64,000 bases of DNA, from assembly GCA_003971905.1 (NCBI GenBank), contig RSEE01000086.1, positions 186,001 through 250,000 on the forward strand. Reading direction: 5' to 3'. Within the stretch, counting starts at the first letter, position 1; every line of letters starts with the position of its first letter. The position numbers and the translations under genes are program-made. Source of the DNA: Moniliella sp. 'wahieum' (lineage: Eukaryota). The notes beneath the pieces were generated by a model that did no database searches, was not told where the DNA came from, and worked only from the letters and a program-made list of their open reading frames with translations. Positions 12,906-23,841 of this stretch are shown piece after piece.

Positions 12906-13814
12906 GGTGGGCGGCGGGAGAGCGGGATGGCGGGGTGGGCGGTGGTGGCAGCAGTCACAGGCGGGGGGGCGCCGGCATGGGCTGTGGGGGGCGGTGGGGG
13001 GCAGGGGCGGGGCAGCGGGGGCGGGTGTTAGGGCGGGCGGTCGGCCGAGTCGAGGAAGAGCAGCAGGGCCACAGGGCCACGGGACGCACGGCTGGCACGG
13101 GCAGCCGGGCTGGGTGGGGGAGAGGGGAGATACGAGGGTCAGCCGGGCGGGCGCGGGGGCAGCAGGGGTACGCACACAGAGGAGGAGAACGCAGTGAAGC
13201 CACTACAACTGGGGTCGACCATAACTTGGCGGGCGGCGGCGGCGGCGCAGACGAGGGGCGGCAAAAGCCAGGCGGGGATGGGGGAGGGCAGGAGGGAGAG
13301 AGCCAGCATCCAGCCGCCGCTCTCAAATCAGCCGCTGAAAAAAAAAACAGCCTCCCACTTTCAAATCCACCCCTGCAGCTTGCCCTGCAGCCCCCGTGCA
13401 GCCGCAGCCCCCCTGCAGGCACCCCCTGCGGCACACTGCCCCCCTGCGCGCGCATGCCGCATGCCGCATGCCGCACCACCCACCCGCCCGGTCCGCCCAG
13501 CCGCCGGCGCGCGCCCCCGCCGCCTGCGCGCCACACGGCCACACCACACCACCGCCACGTGACCTTACCTCAGCGCTCCGCCGCTCCGGGGCTCCCGCGA
13601 CAGCACACACACGCACGCACCAGCGCCACCGCGCCGCACTGCCCGCCCTGCACCGCGCCAGCCACCCGCCGTTCCGCAGCGCCCCCCCCCCCCCCCCCCC
13701 GGCACCGCGCCCGTGTCCCGCCCCGCGCCTGCCACGACAGCCCGTCCCTAAGCCCCGTCGCCCCGCCGCACCCCGCCCCCCCTGCCTCTGCGCCACCACC
13801 ACTCCCCCACCACC

Positions 13815-14246
13815 ATGTCCTACGCAGACGGCGGCCACCGAGACGGCCTACGACCCCTACATCCCCAGCGGCAGCGCCGCCGGCTCCGGCAGCGCCCATG
13901 CCGCCGGCACCTCCCGCACACCGCCCAGATCCAGGCCCAGATCGACGACACGGTCGGCGTCATGCGCGACAACATCAACAAGGTCCACGAGCGCGGCGAG
14001 AACCTCACCTCCCTCCAGGACAAGACCGACAACCTCGTCACGTCCTCCCAGGCCTTTACCCAGGGCGCCAACCGCGTCCGCCGCAAGATGTGGTGGAAGG
14101 ATGTGCGTGCTCCCCCTTCCTTGGTCTCTCCCCAACTGACCCCCGCCCGTGCTGCCTGCAGATGAAAATGCGTGTGGTCATCATCTCGGCATCATCGCCA
14201 TCCTCTGCGTCATTGTGATCCCATTGCAGTCAAGACGAGCCACTGA
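13815..14246 (+). CDS. SNC1: Synaptobrevin/VAMP v-SNARE (Snc1/Snc2)
   Basis: [62 protein letters not shown]-terminal TM helix; intron 14103-14161. Confidence 0.97.
14103..14161 (+). other. Spliceosomal intron in SNC1
   Basis: GTGCGT donor, CTGAC branch, GCAG acceptor; removal joins WWKD to MKMR. Confidence 0.9.
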
Positions 14247-14771
14247 GCAGGGCCAGCAGTGTGCCGTCCCGGGTCGCCACCCTGGCTCCCCTCTTGATTT
14301 GCGTCCTTTACCCTGCCTCGATCCGAACGTTTTGCTTGTCTCCGCTCCGCCGTCCTCTTCGCTCGTACCCCATGTAGCTACGGGACTCCTTTGATATGTA
14401 CCATTTCCCACGTCAGTACTCAGTGCCATGAGGCGTTAGGGTGGGTGGGTAGGCCTGTGGTTGACATGCATGGTGAGGAGGTGACAGTGGGGCAGGCTGG
14501 TAGGGTAGGGCAGCAGGGCAGCTGCGGCGGGAACACGTGCGGCGGCGGAAACGGGGCGGAAATGCCAGCTAACGCGGGCGAGCGCTGAACGTTCAAGTTG
14601 GGCACTCCTGCACGCCGACCATTGAACATTCAATAATCCGCGACCAAAAAGAGGAAAAAAAAAGAAAACCAAAAACTCGGCCAGCAGACGCAGCGGGCAG
14701 GCCAGCCCAGCGCGACGCGCCCCTCGACAGCCACTCCCACTCCCTGCGTCCTCCACCCCCCCCACCCCCCC

Positions 14772-17237
14772 ATGGCCCACGTCCAGAACGCCCCGCTCGG
14801 GCGCGCGCCCTCGGCCTCCTCCGACAGCGCCTCCGACGCCGAGTACGACGCAAACGACTCGGCCTGGCTCGAAGCCACGATCGAAGGCCTCGTTGCCTCC
14901 GCCGTCGCCAACGCCGAGCCCGCCGCCCCGCCCGCGCCCACTCCACGACCACGACCACACACCCCCACCCGACCACCCACGCCCCCGCCCCGCCCAGCCC
15001 CACCGCCCCCTCCACCGCCCCCCCGCTCCCCCTCCCGCACGCGCGCCCCCGCCCGCCTCCTACCCGCCACAGCAGCCGGACAAGCCCCACGTGACGTGCA
15101 GCCCACCCCGGCACCGGGTTCCAGCCCCCATGCCCGCGTCGGTGCCTCCTACGCAGTGCCTGCTACGGCGGTGCCTGCTAAGGAGGTGCCTGCCACGGCT
15201 GTACCTGACGCAGCGTCCTCTGCTCCAGCAGCAGCAGCAGCACCCCCCACACCTGCTGCCGCCCCGGGCGTCCCCGCCGCCGGCCTCTGGTGCGGGCTCC
15301 GACTCGGACTCGGCTCCGGCTCCGGCTCCGGCTCTGGCTCAGAGGACGAGGGGGACGAGGAGGATTTGATCGATGCGTTGTTGCGCAAACGGCGCAGACG
15401 GCCCAGACGGCGCTGGAGCGGCTGCCGCCGCCTGGCCCGGGCCGGCGGCGGCCCAGCCGCAGCCCGACACGGAAGAGGTCGAGGAAGGCGAGGAGGTGGA
15501 TTATGAGCGGCTGATTCACTTGCTGGAGGAACAAAGTCAGTCGGGCTCCGAGTTGGGTGACGAGCAACTGGATGCGTTAGCCTGGTCGGCAATGGATTAG
15601 CGCCTCGCCGTGCCCGCTCGCGCAAACGTCTTGCCCCGGACGATGGTCTGATTCCGTCGGAAGCGTTGCCACCGGCGCGGATCACGCCGCGTCCAGGGTA
15701 CCCGAGAAAGTACAAGCGGGCACCGATGCGCGCCTTGGCCGAGCCTGCGCCAGCGCCTTCGCCCGACGGAGAAGAAAAGAAGTTGCAATGCCAGTACTGT
15801 GGTCGGGTGTTCAACCGGCGTACAACCTCAGTACCCACGAAGCGACCCACGACCCGTCCAAGGCCAAACGGTTCCAATGTCCCTACCGTACGTGCCAAGC
15901 GCAGGGCGGCCGTACCTTTTCGCGCAAACACGATCTTCAGCGTCACGTGGCGTCCGCACACGAATTTGATGCGCCGCCCGAAGTCTTGTTGCGCCCGACG
16001 GATCGGCCGTGCCGGTGGATTACGATGCGCGGTGGGAACCGCCACCGAAAAAGAAACGTGGTCGGCCACGGAAAGTACCGTTACCGCCACCGCCTCCGGT
16101 CCCGCTCTTCCCGCTCCCCAACCGGGCGTGGTAGCCAACGGACTCAACTTGCTCGGCCTCGACGCGCCCAAGAAAAGTTCGGTGCGAAACGTGTGGACGA
16201 GCATTGTACGGCGCGACGCACTGCATCGTCATGCCTGCACTCAATTTTATTGGCCCCCAGCTGGATCTTCTGCTGGACCGGGTCGGCCACGCAAGACCCC
16301 CTTCGTCCCTCACCCAGCGGCGGGTCCGTCGGTGCCCCCGTCAATATGGGCGGGTTTGGCTTCATGCCCAATCCAGGCTGGTTTTATGGCTTGCCCCCGC
16401 TCCCGGCTGTCGCGCCCGGGTCCGACGGAAGTCGATCCGATTCGGCTACCGACGACGAAGAGGACATGGACCAAGATCTTCCACAACAAGTCGGAGCTCA
16501 AGTTCACTCCCACCCCCACCCCCACGAGGGCGACGACCACGACCACGAGGAAGATGGTGACGACGAAGACGAGGACGAGGACGAAGACGAGGACGAAGAC
16601 GAGGACGAAGACGAGGAAGATGAAGCGATCTTATTGGCTCAACAGGCTACTGCCTCCGCTTTGAACGCGTACCATGCCACTCTCCTTGACCCTCTTCCTC
16701 CTTCAACTTCCTCTGCCTCTGCCTCCCATCCCGCACCCGCAGCTTCCCCTGCCGCGCCCACCCTCGCCCCTGCTCTCCCACTTCCCACCTCAACCCCCGC
16801 CCCCGCCCAGCAGCCAACCCACGACCCAAGCCCGGATCACGCTCACCCTCCCGACCCAGCTCCAGCTCCAGCTCCAGCCCCCGATTCAACCAGGACTCAA
16901 CTCCAGCACCCCCACCCCCTCCCTCTCCTGCTCCGGCCCCTCCTCCTCCAGCCCAAGCCTCGGCTCCAACTACCGATGGCCTCCCGGCCCTCGCGACGTT
17001 AACTCCCACATCCACTGCCGCTATCGCTTCCGCTGCCGTTGTTCCTGCCCCCGCGCCTGCACTGCTTCCGACGTTGCTCCTGCTTCTAGCGTTGCTCCAG
17101 CTCCTGCGCCAGTCGATGCAGCGGACCAAGTCCAAGCTGCTATGGCCGCCGCGTTTGCCGCTGCGGGCGGGATGGAGTGGGAGGCCGAGTCGGGGTCGGA
17201 GTCGGGGTCGGATTCCGACGAGTCCGCGTCCGCGTGA
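14772..17237 (+). CDS. C2H2 zinc-finger transcription factor with Pro-rich and acidic low-complexity regions
   Basis: Two fingers at about 15789-15960: CQYCGRVFNRAYNLSTHEATH (one frameshift) and CPYRTC...FSRKHDLQRHVASAH. Confidence 0.85.
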
Positions 17238-17368
17238 GTCCGAGGGAACCCGAAGGAGTCTGATTCGCACGGCCTAGGCTGCGGTGGCGCCTCTTCCCCG
17301 CGCTGCGCTCCTGGTGTGGCAAAAGTGATGTATTCGCGCCCTGCGTCGGATTGGGTAGCCCCTGTCCC

Positions 17369-17398
17369 CCGTGGTCCGTGGTCCGTGGTCCGTGGTCC
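17369..17398. repeat. (CCGTGGT)n heptamer tandem repeat
   Basis: Four units read directly downstream of the zinc-finger gene. Confidence 0.9.
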
Positions 17399-18242
17399 GG
17401 CGAGGTCGGGGGTTCGAACGAGCACGCGGGACGCCCAGGAACGTGCGCGGTTGGTTTATGTGTGTTGTGTGTTGTGTGTTGTGTGTCGTGTGTTTTGGGG
17501 GGTGCTGTGCATCTGTTCCAACCACCCTGTCCGTCGGAGTTGCGAGTTGTGTCTTGTTGTGTGTTGTGTCCTGCCCGTGCCAGCCCGTGGGATGGTCGGA
17601 TTGGATACGGAGGGCGTTTGTTGGCCCGTTTTCGAGCTGGCCGTTGTACCATCGTATGTGACATGTGACATGATTCCGATGAGGTAGACGCTGGTAGGCC
17701 GAGGGGAGGAGGCGGCTTGGATGCTCTGTCGGCCGACTCGCAGATTGGCCATCCAGCTTCCAGGCCCACCTCGACATACGCGCGATGGAGATATCGACGA
17801 GGCGTGATGCATGATGTCTGATGCGTGAATATAAAACTGAATGGTTGATCGAGGATCCCATCGCAGCTCCGTTGCGCTATTTCCGCCCTCCGCTTTTCCG
17901 CCCCTCCTCCCCCGCAAACGGGCACCCCGCCAGTGTGCGCGCTTACCGGGTGATGCGCGACGCGTGAAGCTACACGTTGCACCGAAGAGGCTAGGGTTGG
18001 GCGCGGCCCAGCACGGGAACAGTGGCCCCGTGCTGGGCTGGGCGGAGCGCCCCCGTCGCCGCACGGCGTCTGTGTCGGGCGCGACGCGCTGTGCTGCGCT
18101 CCTGCCTGCTCTCTAGCTCGCCCAGATGGGACGGGCGCAGGACGCGTCGGGTGGGCGCGAACGACCACCATCTCCACCTCCTCCATCTCCACCCCCATCT
18201 GCACCCCCATCCCTCTCTCCCTCGTCGCCCTCGCCCTCTCCC

Positions 18243-20568
18243 ATGTTCTACTCGGAGGCGCTGCTGTCCAAGCGCGGCCCCTGGCGCGTGTGTGGCTGGC
18301 GGCGCACTGGGAGCGCAAGCTCTCCAAGGCCCAGTTCCTCCAGACGGACATTGCCAACTCGGTGGGCGCGATTGTCGAGGCGCGCGGCGCGCCGATGGCC
18401 CTGCGTCTGTCCGGCCAGCTGCTGCTCGGTGTCGTGCGCATCTACTCGCGCAAGGCGCGCTACCTCCTCGAGGACTGCAACGAGGCGCTGCTCAAAATCA
18501 AGATGGCCTTCCGCTCTGGCGCCAACGTCGACCTCGCGCCCAACCAGGCCACCGTCAACAAGCACGCTATCACCATGCGCCCCACCCGCACCGACTACGA
18601 TCTCTTGCTCCCCGATCCGTTCCTCCAGACCTGGGATGCCGAGTTGACGGCTCTCGAACGTGCGCCTCCACCGCCGCCAGCGCGGGCGGCAAGTGAAACG
18701 CCCTCCACCGCCAGTCGCCAGCCGGCCCACACGGCCCGCGAATCCGATATCACTCTCCGCGCAACACGTATGGGCTGTACGACGATGACTATGCCGCGGC
18801 AGCGGCCGACCTCTATGCCGAAGGCGGGATCGGAAGCCAAGACTGGGACGAGTCGGGCCAGCCGCTGGATCTGGGTCTTGATCTCGGATTGGACTTGGAC
18901 GAAGCGATGCCCGACGCTCCTTCTGACGACCATCTCTCGGTTGGGCTGGGGCGCGAACCCGGGCCCGGACGGGACCAGGATTTGGGTTCGGTTGCTGGCT
19001 CCGAACGTCCCAGTGATCGATTGAGTGTTGGCTTTGATTTCCCCGCCGGCGGACCGGGCGCCGGGGACGACCTACCCCCGCTCGACTTTGGTGCGTTTGA
19101 TTTGCCCGACATGCCCGCGCTGGAGGACATGCCCGAGCCGTTGGACCGGCCCACCCCGGAGCCTCACACCCCTGCGCCCGAGGGCGAAGACGACACGCTC
19201 GCGCTGCTCGGTACTGTTTCTCCTGGCACCCTGGCCCGCATCCGGGACGCCGCGTCGCGTCGGGCGGCCCAGATTCAGCGTCCGGCCCGGACCGAACGGC
19301 CGTTGGTCGACCGCGTGCTCGAAGCCGAACCGGCCCACACTACCATCCAACGCCCCGACGACATTGTGCAGCAGGACGACCTACTTCCGGCTGATCCGGC
19401 TGGCATGGAGGCTCGCACCATCGCCACTGACCCGATTGGCTTTTACGTTCCGGAACTGGCCCCGGCTGCACTTAAGGAAGCGGCGAGTTTCTATGCTGGC
19501 CCCGAATCGCTTGCGCCCGATCTGCGCTCACTGTTCACGTTTACCTACGACCAAGTTCGTCGCAAGCACGTTGCTCTCGATGCGGCCTTGCCCGAACCCA
19601 GTCCCAAACGCGCTCGTCTGTCGGCCGATCTGACCGGCTTGACGGACATGGGGCTGGGTCGAGAAGCCGTGGCGCCACGGGCGTCGCTGGGACCGTTTGG
19701 GGACCAAACTATGGGTCCGGGCGCGGCGGACGACTTGTTGCCCCTGGATGAAATGCCAGCGCTGGAGGATATGCCCGACCTGCCCCATTGGAAGATAAGG
19801 CCGAGGGCTTCTTGCCCGACCTGACTGTGCCCGAGGAAGAGAGCAGGGAGAGAAGAAGAAGAAACGACTCTGCGTCGGTCTACCCGTACCCGGACCGCTC
19901 GCGGCGCCGAACCTCACCTGGCTGATCTGCCGGAACTGCCGCCGCTCAGCCGACTGTCGACGCCAGAAGCTGACGACGACCTCGCTTTCCTCCCTACTGC
20001 ATCGGACCCGCTTCGTGGGTTCCAAGGCGGCTACGATCCTACCGCCGCGGCTGCCGTTGCTTCGGCCCAGGCCATGCCGGCCGTCGGGGACGACTCGACG
20101 ACAGCCGGATGGAGTCGGAACACGGTCCGTGCACTCGGCGTTTTGCGCGACCAACTCGTTCCTGGTGGACCGGCGCAACGCGCCGACGCGGCCGCAGAGA
20201 CGGGTCCCGACGCGAGCCAAGCAAGCCAAGCAAGCCAAGAGGGTCCCACCGCACCCAGCGTACCCAGCATGAGCTTCGAACGTGTATCCAGCCACTCGTC
20301 CCGCCGCGCTGCTGCCGCATTCTTTTTTGAACTGTTGGTGCTCGGCACAAAAGATGCGGTGCAGCTCACCCAGCCCGACGCTTATGGCGATATTCGCGTC
20401 CAAGCCAAGGATAAGTTGTGGGACGTCGAGGTGGTCCAACCGGGCCTCGGCGCCGGAGTGGACGCGCCGCAGCAACCCCTTACTCAGCAGGACCAGCCTC
20501 CTGCCACCCCCCGCGCCCATCACACCCCCGCCCCCGCTGCGACGCCCATGGCGGCCGCGTCAGCGTGA
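18243..20568 (+). CDS. RAD21: Cohesin kleisin subunit Rad21/Scc1
   Basis: [31 protein letters not shown]...LRLSGQLLLGVVRIYSRKARYLLEDC (Rad21_Rec8_N); C-terminal SRRAAAAFFFELLVLGTKDAVQLTQPDAYGDI winged helix. Confidence 0.97.
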
Positions 20569-20635
20569 GCGGGAGTGTGAGCGATGGTGTGAGCGTTGGT
20601 GTGAGCGTCGGTGTGAGCGGCAGTGTGAGCGGTGG
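20563..20635. repeat. 12-bp tandem repeat GTGTGAGCGNNN overlapping the RAD21 stop and 3' UTR
   Basis: About six imperfect units read directly. Confidence 0.85.
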
Positions 20636-21240
20636 CTTGCGCGCCCATCGGAGCAGTTTCGACCCGATGGCAGCCTTGGTGGGACGCCGACCTTGTCAGG
20701 CCGCTCGGCTGCCTCGCTCTCCCTTGCTCTGACCGTCTTCTATCCCGTATCCCGTTTTTGTCTTTTATGTCGGTATCCGATCCCTCTATCTCTCTCCCGC
20801 AGACGCTCTGCTATTTCCTCTCGCTGTGGTGTAGTACCCGTAGCCGTATATCATAGCTCTTCAAACCTGAGTACTGCCTAGTGACGTTGGCGCCAAGCAA
20901 GGCTTGGTTGGCGGGGAGCACGCGCGGCGACCCACAGCCTCGGACCAGTTCATCTCGGATCGCATTCGAAAACGACAGGTGGATTGGATTGGGTCATCAG
21001 GAACAAAGAAAAAGTAGCGTCACTAATACGTTCTCGTTTCCTACCTCTTGCTCCACTGAGCAGGCAAGGAGGAAGACAGGGACATTCGAACGTAAGGGTC
21101 GTAGGGGTACAAACAAGGAGAAGGGGGTTATAATAATGAAGCGCGGGCAAATGGGGACAAAAGGGGCATGGTGGAAGCCCAAATGCAAGCCCAGATGTTT
21201 AAGTCGAGAGAGAAGCCAGATGGAAGCAGGCCAACTTAAC

Positions 21241-23241
21241 TCAATTGGCTGCCATTAGGGCCGTTTCATCAGACGCAATGAATGTGAAGATATCGTGGAG
21301 GATGGGGTCGCGGTACGCGGTCAACCGTTTTCCCATGCCCAAAAAGCCAGCTGCGAGCGTCTCGACATGACCGAGGTTGCGGTACGCACGCATCACCACT
21401 TCTTCCACCCCGATTCCTTGGAGCATGGTCCGTAGCAGTGTGGACTGTTCCACCGGCACCACCTTGTCCTTTCCCCCCTGGATCAAAAGGAACTTGGGCG
21501 GAAGCAGGTCCGTGTCGAGAATGTTCTTGGCTGCATAGAGCAGGTGAGCAGGCGAGTGCAACAAGCACTTGGTATGCGATGGTCCCATGGCCCGACGCAG
21601 CGCACTCACTTGCTCCACCCCGCGCTCGCGCTCGTACCGGTACGCCTTGATCACATCCGAGATCCCGGCCATTAGGATCAAGCCCCGAACGGGGGGCATG
21701 GCAACCTCATGTGCGTACAGCTCCACCGATTTGAGGCCCATCCCAATTTGCTCTTCGGCCTCAACAAAGAGGTGGGAATGGGAACCGTGAACTTTTTCGA
21801 GCTGACCTGGCCGAGGCCAGATAAATCTTCATGCCCCACACTGACCAGGCCGGGGGGACGGTGGCCGACTCCGGAAGGACCATGAAGCACCTCTGGATCG
21901 GGGGAGATACTGCCAGCCAAGTCCGATGCTGTCTCGTCCATCCACCCCTGCCCACCGAGAGTGGAAGTGAAGGAGACGCGGTGCTGGAGTTTAGCTCGCT
22001 GCAGCTCATCCTGCAGCGCCTGGCCTTCCCTTGAGACGGTGAGTCGGGCAAGCGCGAGCTCAGCTCCGACAAGCGCGGCGACGACACTTCGCCCGGGAAG
22101 GTAAACGTGTTGAGAACCGGATGTTTCTCCGTCTCGCTGTCTGGGGAACCAGGGGCACGGTACGGACGGGTACGCAGTTCCTCCTGTTCCCGTTCCCATG
22201 CTTGGTCTAGGAACTTTTCCCGACTGTGCACCACAGCATGTTGCACGCACGCGAGTAATGCCAGGGCGCGCTCATCCCATGGCCTAGCACGTAGATCCGT
22301 TTCTCATCCACCCCGAGCGAGTGCGCCTCGGACCCAACCCAGGCCAGCACCGCACGCACATCCACCACCCCGTCCGCAACGCGCCCCTGGGGGTAAAACG
22401 TCACTTCGGGCACGATCACGGCGTAGCCTTGGCGCCGGAAACGGAGGGCCAGTTGTAGGTACGCTTTCCGTCCGCTAGCGCGAGGTACGAGCGGGAACGA
22501 GGTGGGAAGGATGACGACCACAGGGGCGCGGGGAGCTTCGACGCTACTGTCCCGGTCGAAGTTGGGGGAGGAGGGGGAGGCGCGTAGGCGTCCAGCATCT
22601 TTCCATCCTCCGAGTAGATAATGTTCTCCATCACAATCTCGCTCCCGGATTGGGTGCCGAGGACCATGACTCGTCTGGACAGCGGCGGAGGGGGGGGGTG
22701 GGGTTAGTATGCCAGCAAGGGGAATGGCCGATGATCGATGACGGGCAGGCAGGTGACGAGGAGACGTACCGGTAGGACCAGTCAAAGATGGCGGGGAAAA
22801 GACGTGGTAGACTTGGACGGCAGACTGGAGGGTGATGAGGGTGATCTTGGCAACGCGGGTGGGCGAGTAGGGGAGGATGGGGACGGCGTTGCGGAGGCCG
22901 ATCAGGGCGGAGCGGAACCAGGACGGGGAGGCAGGCGCGGCCGAGGGCGGCGGGTCGGTCTGGGCGAGGGAGAGGTAGACGAGCCAGGCAATGGCGTAGG
23001 AGACCAGGACGGTGTCGGCGAGGAGGAGGGGGAGGGCGACGACGCAGAAGACGGGGACGGGGCAGAGAAGGAGGAGGATGGGCCAGAGCGGGAGGCCAAC
23101 AACCACCACGGGCACCAGCACGAGGCGGAGCACCTCGGCGACCAGGCGGCCCAGGCGGCCGGGGCGGGGGCGCGGGGTGATGGTGTCGGGGAGGGGGGGG
23201 GGCGCGGGGGCGCGGCGGGAGAGGAGGGAGAGGAGACGCAT
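21241..23241 (-). CDS. Membrane-anchored alpha/beta-hydrolase fold protein (prenylcysteine methylesterase/BD-FAE-like), nucleophile Ser absent
   Basis: N-terminal hydrophobic helices; LDAY, APVVVIL, GYAVIVPEVTFYPQGRVADGVVDVRAVLAWV, RIYVLGHGMSA, GLILMAGISD, FLLIQGGKDKVVP, YRNLGHVE. Confidence 0.85.
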
Positions 23242-23841
23242 GGTGGTGGGCGAGAGGGAGGATGGAGGATGGAGCGTGGGGTTAGGAGCGGGGTGGCGAG
23301 TGGGGCAGTTGAATGTTGCACTGGCGTGGGTGGTTCAGTGTGGAGGTTGAGCTGAATATTCAGTGAATGCGGATGTGAAAGGCATCGCGACGGCCGGTGA
23401 GCATCATCCATCGCGCGGTAACCCTTGGCTCCCACAGGCAGCAAATCCATCCGTCCTGGCGCTCTTTCAGAGGCAACACTTTTCTTACATTGTCCCTTGG
23501 TGCAAGTGGTAAAACGCGTAGGAACTTGTATCCCTTCGCTTCCATCCTCCATGGCTACATTCCCCAACACAGGAGATGGCGATTACAGGATTCATATACC
23601 AGTACACAAATGACCGTTACAATGTGTCGAGCGATGGCCGACAACCGCAACTGACACTCTTAGGCTCGCTAGCGAAGCGATCCAACACGCCAGGGGCGCC
23701 CACCGTTAGTATATAGGTGCTGAGGACGCATCGTGACCTGGCCTGGTGCGGCGCAAGTCCAAATAACCCCAACGCCACCCTAAGCAAGCTCAAAGGCTCA
23801 CCGACTCACCGGCTCAAAGCTCAAACGACAGCTCGGCCGGG

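Noticed and set aside
11794..14218. Long Gly/Arg/Pro-rich ORFs (for example 11794-13197 and 12935-14218) and many similar antisense ORFs
   Set aside because: Shadow frames of GC-rich genes with few stop codons; no domain signal.
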